From contig CBDBOV010000005.1 of assembly GCA_965208575.1 (NCBI GenBank), positions 1,056,001 to 1,120,000 of the forward strand: a DNA stretch of 64,000 nt. The letters run 5' to 3'. The first letter of the stretch is position 1. Each line of letters starts with the position of its first letter. The notes beneath the pieces were generated by a model. That model did no database searches, had not been told where the DNA came from, and worked only from the letters and a program-made list of their open reading frames with translations. Positions 57,313-64,000 of this stretch are shown one piece after another. The DNA is from Spirochaetia bacterium. GTDB taxonomy: Bacteria; Spirochaetota; Spirochaetia; SZUA-6; Bin103. The position numbers were made by a program, and so were the translations under genes.

Positions 57313-57780
57313 ATGAGCGTAACGATCAGCGTTACTGTCAACGGCCACAGTCATCGGCATGAGGTCGAGCCGCGGCTGCTGCTGGTGGACTACCTGCGCG
57401 ACGTGCTGGGACTCACCGGTACCCACGTCGGCTGCGACACCAGCGGCTGCGGGGCGTGTACGATCGCCTTCAACGGCCGCGCCGTGAAGTGCTGCACCCT
57501 GCTGGCGGTGCAGGCCGACGGAGCAGAGATCACCACCATCGAGGGGCTCGCCACGGGCGGCGAGCTGCATCGCCTGCAACAGAGCTTCAACGAGCAGCAT
57601 GGTCTGCAGTGCGGGTTCTGCACGCCCGGCATGATCATGGCGGCGCGGCAGCTTCTGGAACGCAACCCCGATCCCAGCGACGCGGAGATCCGGCACGCCC
57701 TGGAGGGCAATTTCTGCCGCTGCACCGGGTATGAAAACATCGTCAAGTCGGTACGCGCGGCGGCCGGCTCGGCGGCCTAG
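57313..57780 (+). CDS. coxS: CO dehydrogenase/xanthine dehydrogenase-family [2Fe-2S] subunit
   Basis: [19 protein letters not shown] and CRCTGY. Confidence 0.92.
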   Translation: MSVTISVTVNGHSHRHEVEPRLLLVDYLRDVLGLTGTHVGCDTSGCGACTIAFNGRAVKCCTLLAVQADGAEITTIEGLATGGELHRLQQSFNEQHGLQCGFCTPGMIMAARQLLERNPDPSDAEIRHALEGNFCRCTGYENIVKSVRAAAGSAA

Positions 57781-57791
57781 GAGGTCCGGCC

Positions 57792-60167
<2,376 letters not shown>

Positions 60168-60195
60168 GGATTCGGGGCAAGGCAAGGAGAAACTG

Positions 60196-61047
60196 ATGAG
60201 CAGTGCATTCAATTACCACCGTGCAGCTTCCGTGGACGACGCGCTGGCAGTGCTTGGGCAGCATGACGACGCGGCGCTGTTGGCCGGCGGCCACAGCCTG
60301 ATACCGTCGCTGAAGCTGCGCCTCGCGGCGCCCGGTACGCTGGTCGATATCGGCCACCTGGAAGAGTTGAACTACATCCGCCAGCAGGGCAGCGGGGTGG
60401 CTATCGGCGCCGCCACCACCCATCACGACGTGGCGACATCCACCGTCGTTTCCGGGCAGGCGCCGCTGCTGGCGCAGGCCGCGGCGGTGATCGGCGACCC
60501 GCAGGTGCGCAACATGGGCACGATCGGCGGTTCGCTGGCGCACGCCGATCCGGCCGCGGACTACCCGGCCGCGGTGCTGGCGAGCGGCGCACACATCGTG
60601 GTGCGCGGCCCCGATGGCGAGCGGGTGATCGGGGCCGGCAGCTTCTTCGTCGACCTGTTTTTGACCAGCCTGCAGCCGGGCGAGATCATAACCGAGGTAC
60701 GTATTCCGGCGCAGCCGCCGGGTGCCGGCGCATGCTACGCCAAGTTCCCGCATCCGGCGTCGCGGTTCGCGGTAGTGGGATGTGCGGCGGTAGTCGCCGC
60801 CAACGCCGGCGTGTGCACCGATGTGCGGGTGGCGTTTACCGGCGTTGCCAATGCGGCGTTTCGCGATGCGGGAGTCGAGGGCGCGCTCGCCGGTCAGCCG
60901 CTGAACGGCGGCCGCATCGACGCGGCGGCGGCCGTGGCGGCACAGGGGGCGGAGGTGCTCAGCGACGCGTTTGCCGGCGCCGACTATCGCCGTCACCTGG
61001 CCACGTTGTTCGCCGGCCGGGCGCTGCGCTCCGCGGCACGGCTTTAA
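60196..61047 (+). CDS. coxM: FAD-binding subunit CoxM-like
   Basis: LAGGHSL, QVRNMGTIGG and HADPAAD. Confidence 0.9.
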   Translation: MSSAFNYHRAASVDDALAVLGQHDDAALLAGGHSLIPSLKLRLAAPGTLVDIGHLEELNYIRQQGSGVAIGAATTHHDVATSTVVSGQAPLLAQAAAVIGDPQVRNMGTIGGSLAHADPAADYPAAVLASGAHIVVRGPDGERVIGAGSFFVDLFLTSLQPGEIITEVRIPAQPPGAGACYAKFPHPASRFAVVGCAAVVAANAGVCTDVRVAFTGVANAAFRDAGVEGALAGQPLNGGRIDAAAAVAAQGAEVLSDAFAGADYRRHLATLFAGRALRSAARL

Positions 61048-61131
61048 GGGCACGGGCGCGGCGGCAGTCCGCGGGGCTCGGGGGAGATTTGCATTGACCG
61101 GCGTGCGATGCGGCGCTTTACTATGGGTGTG

Positions 61132-61944
61132 ATGGGGAAGAAAGAGCCGAAGTACATCTTTCACCTCTACCGAACCGACGGTCAGTCGCTCATCCTCAAT
61201 CCGTTCGAGGCGCCCGACAAACTGCGCACGGCGCTTGAGACGCAGGAGATCGAGGGGCGCTACGGGGCCGAGCCGCCGGTCGCGCTGCTCACCACGTTTC
61301 GCAACGACCTGTACCGCGCCGTGGAGGCCGCCGTGCGCCGCTTCCTGTCCGATGCGCGCTTCGTGCCACGGTTTCTGTTGTCCGCCGGCGCGTTCTTCGC
61401 CTCGTTCATGATCCTGTCATACGCGGTGCCGGATCCGATCCTGATCGTCGATGAGTTGCTGGTTGCCGCCGCCGCCGGGATCGGCACCTACCTGTTCATG
61501 GGGCGGCGCGATCTCGGTTCGGACGCGGCGATGAAGAAGCGCATCGCGCTGCGCAACTCGGTGGATCGAATCAAGTTCGTGCCGAGCGCGTTCCTCGCCC
61601 GCGTGGAACGGGAGTTGCACCGCACGGAAAGCGGCAACTTCGAGGAGGCGGTACGCGCCATCCTGGACCCGGAGAAGAGCGCCGACGGCGACGGGGAACC
61701 GGGTGGTGCGATCACCGCGTTGTCGGACGAAGAGCGCGCCGAGGTGGCCCAGTTCGTGCTGCTGCTTGAGGAGAAGTACCGCTTCAAGCGGTTGCGCCGC
61801 GAGGAGAAGGTGCTGCGCAGCTACGCCTCGCGCGCCGCTTCCGATCGTGGCGACTCGTTGCGCCGCTGGTCGGACACCAAGAAGCTCGACCTGCCGCTGT
61901 ACGCCATCTACAAGCGCTTCAAGCGCACCGTGGAGCGGGTGTAG
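61132..61944 (+). CDS. Hypothetical membrane protein
   Basis: Long ORF with typical codon usage, two TM segments around PDPILIVDE; start uncertain (61108-61132). Confidence 0.65.
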   Translation: MGKKEPKYIFHLYRTDGQSLILNPFEAPDKLRTALETQEIEGRYGAEPPVALLTTFRNDLYRAVEAAVRRFLSDARFVPRFLLSAGAFFASFMILSYAVPDPILIVDELLVAAAAGIGTYLFMGRRDLGSDAAMKKRIALRNSVDRIKFVPSAFLARVERELHRTESGNFEEAVRAILDPEKSADGDGEPGGAITALSDEERAEVAQFVLLLEEKYRFKRLRREEKVLRSYASRAASDRGDSLRRWSDTKKLDLPLYAIYKRFKRTVERV

Positions 61945-61985
61945 CGCCCGCGGCCACGGTCCCTGCCGCAGCTCTTTCCGCCCAG

Positions 61986-62438
61986 GTGGCGCGTTCGGTC
62001 CGCGTATCTGTTCCCGCAGCGCTCGTCGCGGTATGTGTTCTGGGCCTTTCGGCAGCGGGGTGCGGGTCCGACGACGGCCGCGTCCGGCTGTCGGTGGGCG
62101 GAGAGGCGTTCGATGTCGAACTGGCCGTCACTCCGGAGCAGCGCCGCCAGGGACTGATGTTTCGCGAGCAGCTCGGTGAGCGCGAGGGGATGCTGTTCGT
62201 GTTCGACGAGGAACAGACCGTGTCGTTCTGGATGCGCGACACGCCGCTGCCGCTGTCGATCGCGTTCATCGACGCACGCGGCGTGATCGTGCACGTGGCC
62301 GACATGGTGCCCTACTCGGAGGCCCCGGTCCCGTCACGATATCCGGTTCGCTATGCCCTGGAAGTGAACAAGGGAGCGCTGGAGCGCGCCGGAGTCGAGG
62401 TCGGCGACCTGGTCGAGCTGCCCGACCGGCTGCGGTGA
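61986..62438 (+). CDS. DUF192 family lipoprotein
   Basis: VELAVTPEQRRQGLMFR, GMLFVF, FWMRDT and YALEVN; lipobox-like AAGC. Confidence 0.88.
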   Translation: MARSVRVSVPAALVAVCVLGLSAAGCGSDDGRVRLSVGGEAFDVELAVTPEQRRQGLMFREQLGEREGMLFVFDEEQTVSFWMRDTPLPLSIAFIDARGVIVHVADMVPYSEAPVPSRYPVRYALEVNKGALERAGVEVGDLVELPDRLR

Positions 62439-62468
62439 ACGCCCTTCCTTGTGGTGAGTGAGCGCTCG

Positions 62469-62720
62469 CTACGAACTGTCGCCGGGATGGGGGCCGTGGT
62501 CGGCGAACGGCTCGAGCACCGGGGCTGAGTCTCCCCGGCCCGGTTCGCTCACCACGATCTCGATGCGGCGGTCGATCTTGGCCAGTTCGCGCTCGAGCGT
62601 CTTGGCGAGCTTCACGCCCTCTTCGAACAGTTCCATCGCCTCTTCGATCGGCTGGTTGCCGTGACGCAGCGCTTCGCCGATCTGTTCCAGCCGTAGCAGG
62701 CGGTCTTCAAAGGTTGCCAT
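62469..62720 (-). CDS. xseB: Exodeoxyribonuclease VII small subunit
   Basis: FEDRLLRLEQI...EEAMELFEEGVKL; downstream of xseA. Confidence 0.88.
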   Translation of the reverse strand: MATFEDRLLRLEQIGEALRHGNQPIEEAMELFEEGVKLAKTLERELAKIDRRIEIVVSEPGRGDSAPVLEPFADHGPHPGDSS

Positions 62721-64000
62721 TCGTTGCCTGTGCCGTCTCCTCTTCCGTCTCGGTTACCGAGGCGTGCAGGGCGCCGCGGTGGAATTGCACGCGCACCCGG
62801 TCGCCGCGGCGCACCTGTCGCGCGGCGGTCACGTAGCTGCCGTCCGCCGCCGTGGTGACCAGCGCGAAGCCGCGCTCCAACACCGCCCGCGGCGAGGCCA
62901 CGGCCACGCTCCGGCCGGCCAGTTCCAGCCGGTGGCGCAACGTGCCCGCGGCGGCGTTGGTTGCCTGGAGCATTTCGCCGCGCGCTTCGTCGAGGCGCTG
63001 CCGTACCGGGTGGGTAAGCAGGCGCATGCTGCGCGCCAGTTGCTCCGGCGAACAGCGGTCCACGGTTGCCCGATGCCGCCGTGCGCGCCGTTCCATCGCC
63101 ATGCCGGTCGTGTTGCGCAGGCCCGCGACCCGGCGTTGCAGTTCGCCGCGCGAGGCAGCCACCACCTCGGCGGCCGCGGACGGGGTGGGGGCACGGTGGT
63201 CGGCGGCGAGATCGCTCAGCGCCACGTCCACCTCGTGGCCGACGGCGGAGATGACCGGCGTGCCGGCCTCGGCGATGGCGTGCACCACCGCCGCGTCGGA
63301 GAACGGCAGGAGGTCCTCCAGCGAGCCGCCGCCGCGGGTTACGATGATCACGTCGCCGAGCTGCCAGCGGTCGGCGGCGCGAATGCGCTTCGCAATGCGG
63401 GCGGCGGCGTCCGGTCCCTGTACCGGCGTCGGCACGATGATCACGTCGACGCCGGCATTGCGGCGGCCGAGCACGCGCAGCACGTCGCGCACGGCGGCGC
63501 CGGTGGGCGAGGTCACCAAGGCCACGCGGCGCGGCAGCAGGGGCAGCCGCTGCTTGCGCTCCGCGGCAAACAGGCCCTGCGCCGCGAGCGCGCGCTTGCG
63601 CCGTTCCAGAATGGCCAGCAGGTTGCCTTCTCCCGCCTGCTCGATCGTCTCGGCGATGAGCTGGTAGCTGCCGCGCTTGCCGTACACCGAGATGGCGCCG
63701 CGTATCCGCACCAGCATGCCGTCCGCCGGCCGGAAGCTCAGCAAGTGGTGGCGGTTCTTGAACAGGGCGACGCCCAGGGTTGCCTCGCGATCGACCAGGT
63801 TGAAGTAGTAGTGGCCGGTGCTCGAAGGCCGGAAGCCGCTCACCTCGCCCTCGACCAGGACATCGAAGAAGCGGTCCTCCAGCAGGCGCTTCACGTAACG
63901 GGTCAGCTCGCCGACCGTAAGCGGGCGCCGGTCGCTGCTGACCGACGCGGGGCCGGGCGCGGTGCGCAGCGGCTGCTCGGCAGCGATTCGCTGCGCGGAA
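62707..64000 (-). CDS. xseA: Exodeoxyribonuclease VII large subunit (start at or beyond window edge)
   Basis: LTVGEL, VEGEVS, GHYYF, TSPTGAA, RGGGSLEDL, SAVGHE and RAPTPSAAAE. Confidence 0.93.
   Translation of the reverse strand, partial: SAQRIAAEQPLRTAPGPASVSSDRRPLTVGELTRYVKRLLEDRFFDVLVEGEVSGFRPSSTGHYYFNLVDREATLGVALFKNRHHLLSFRPADGMLVRIRGAISVYGKRGSYQLIAETIEQAGEGNLLAILERRKRALAAQGLFAAERKQRLPLLPRRVALVTSPTGAAVRDVLRVLGRRNAGVDVIIVPTPVQGPDAAARIAKRIRAADRWQLGDVIIVTRGGGSLEDLLPFSDAAVVHAIAEAGTPVISAVGHEVDVALSDLAADHRAPTPSAAAEVVAASRGELQRRVAGLRNTTGMAMERRARRHRATVDRCSPEQLARSMRLLTHPVRQRLDEARGEMLQATNAAAGTLRHRLELAGRSVAVASPRAVLERGFALVTTAADGSYVTAARQVRRGDRVRVQFHRGALHASVTETEEETAQATNGNL

Overview
A 64 kb window from a very GC-rich bacterium (roughly 70% GC by eye). 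The gene style suggests a host-associated, probably sponge-symbiont, Spirochaetota-like organism: a PhyH-HEAT fusion, a giant Ig-repeat autotransporter, several Gfo/Idh/MocA enzymes and a spirochaete-style solute-binding protein. That assignment is an inference. The window holds two blocks that together look like a lipid/glycolipid biosynthetic system: GT1, GNAT, MMPL and GT2 at 1-4983, and LuxC, LuxE, a two-module KAS III, two 3beta-HSD-like reductases and a second GT1 at 18332-27379, with no luxAB. It also holds a Liv-type ABC transporter, sugar/oxidoreductase genes, two outer-membrane beta-barrels, a DnaA-box cluster, hipBA- and vapBC-type toxin-antitoxin pairs and a DUF222-HNH gene. Further features are an unidentified ~210 nt structured element, a 2250-aa Ig-repeat autotransporter behind a G19/C19 tract (candidate phase variation), a corrinoid methyltransferase cluster, an ABC cassette bracketed by Uma2 repeats, a form II coxGSLM operon, DUF192 and xseAB. 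I saw no rRNA, tRNA, CRISPR array, integrase or transposase. All calls come from motif recognition by eye; no database searches were run.
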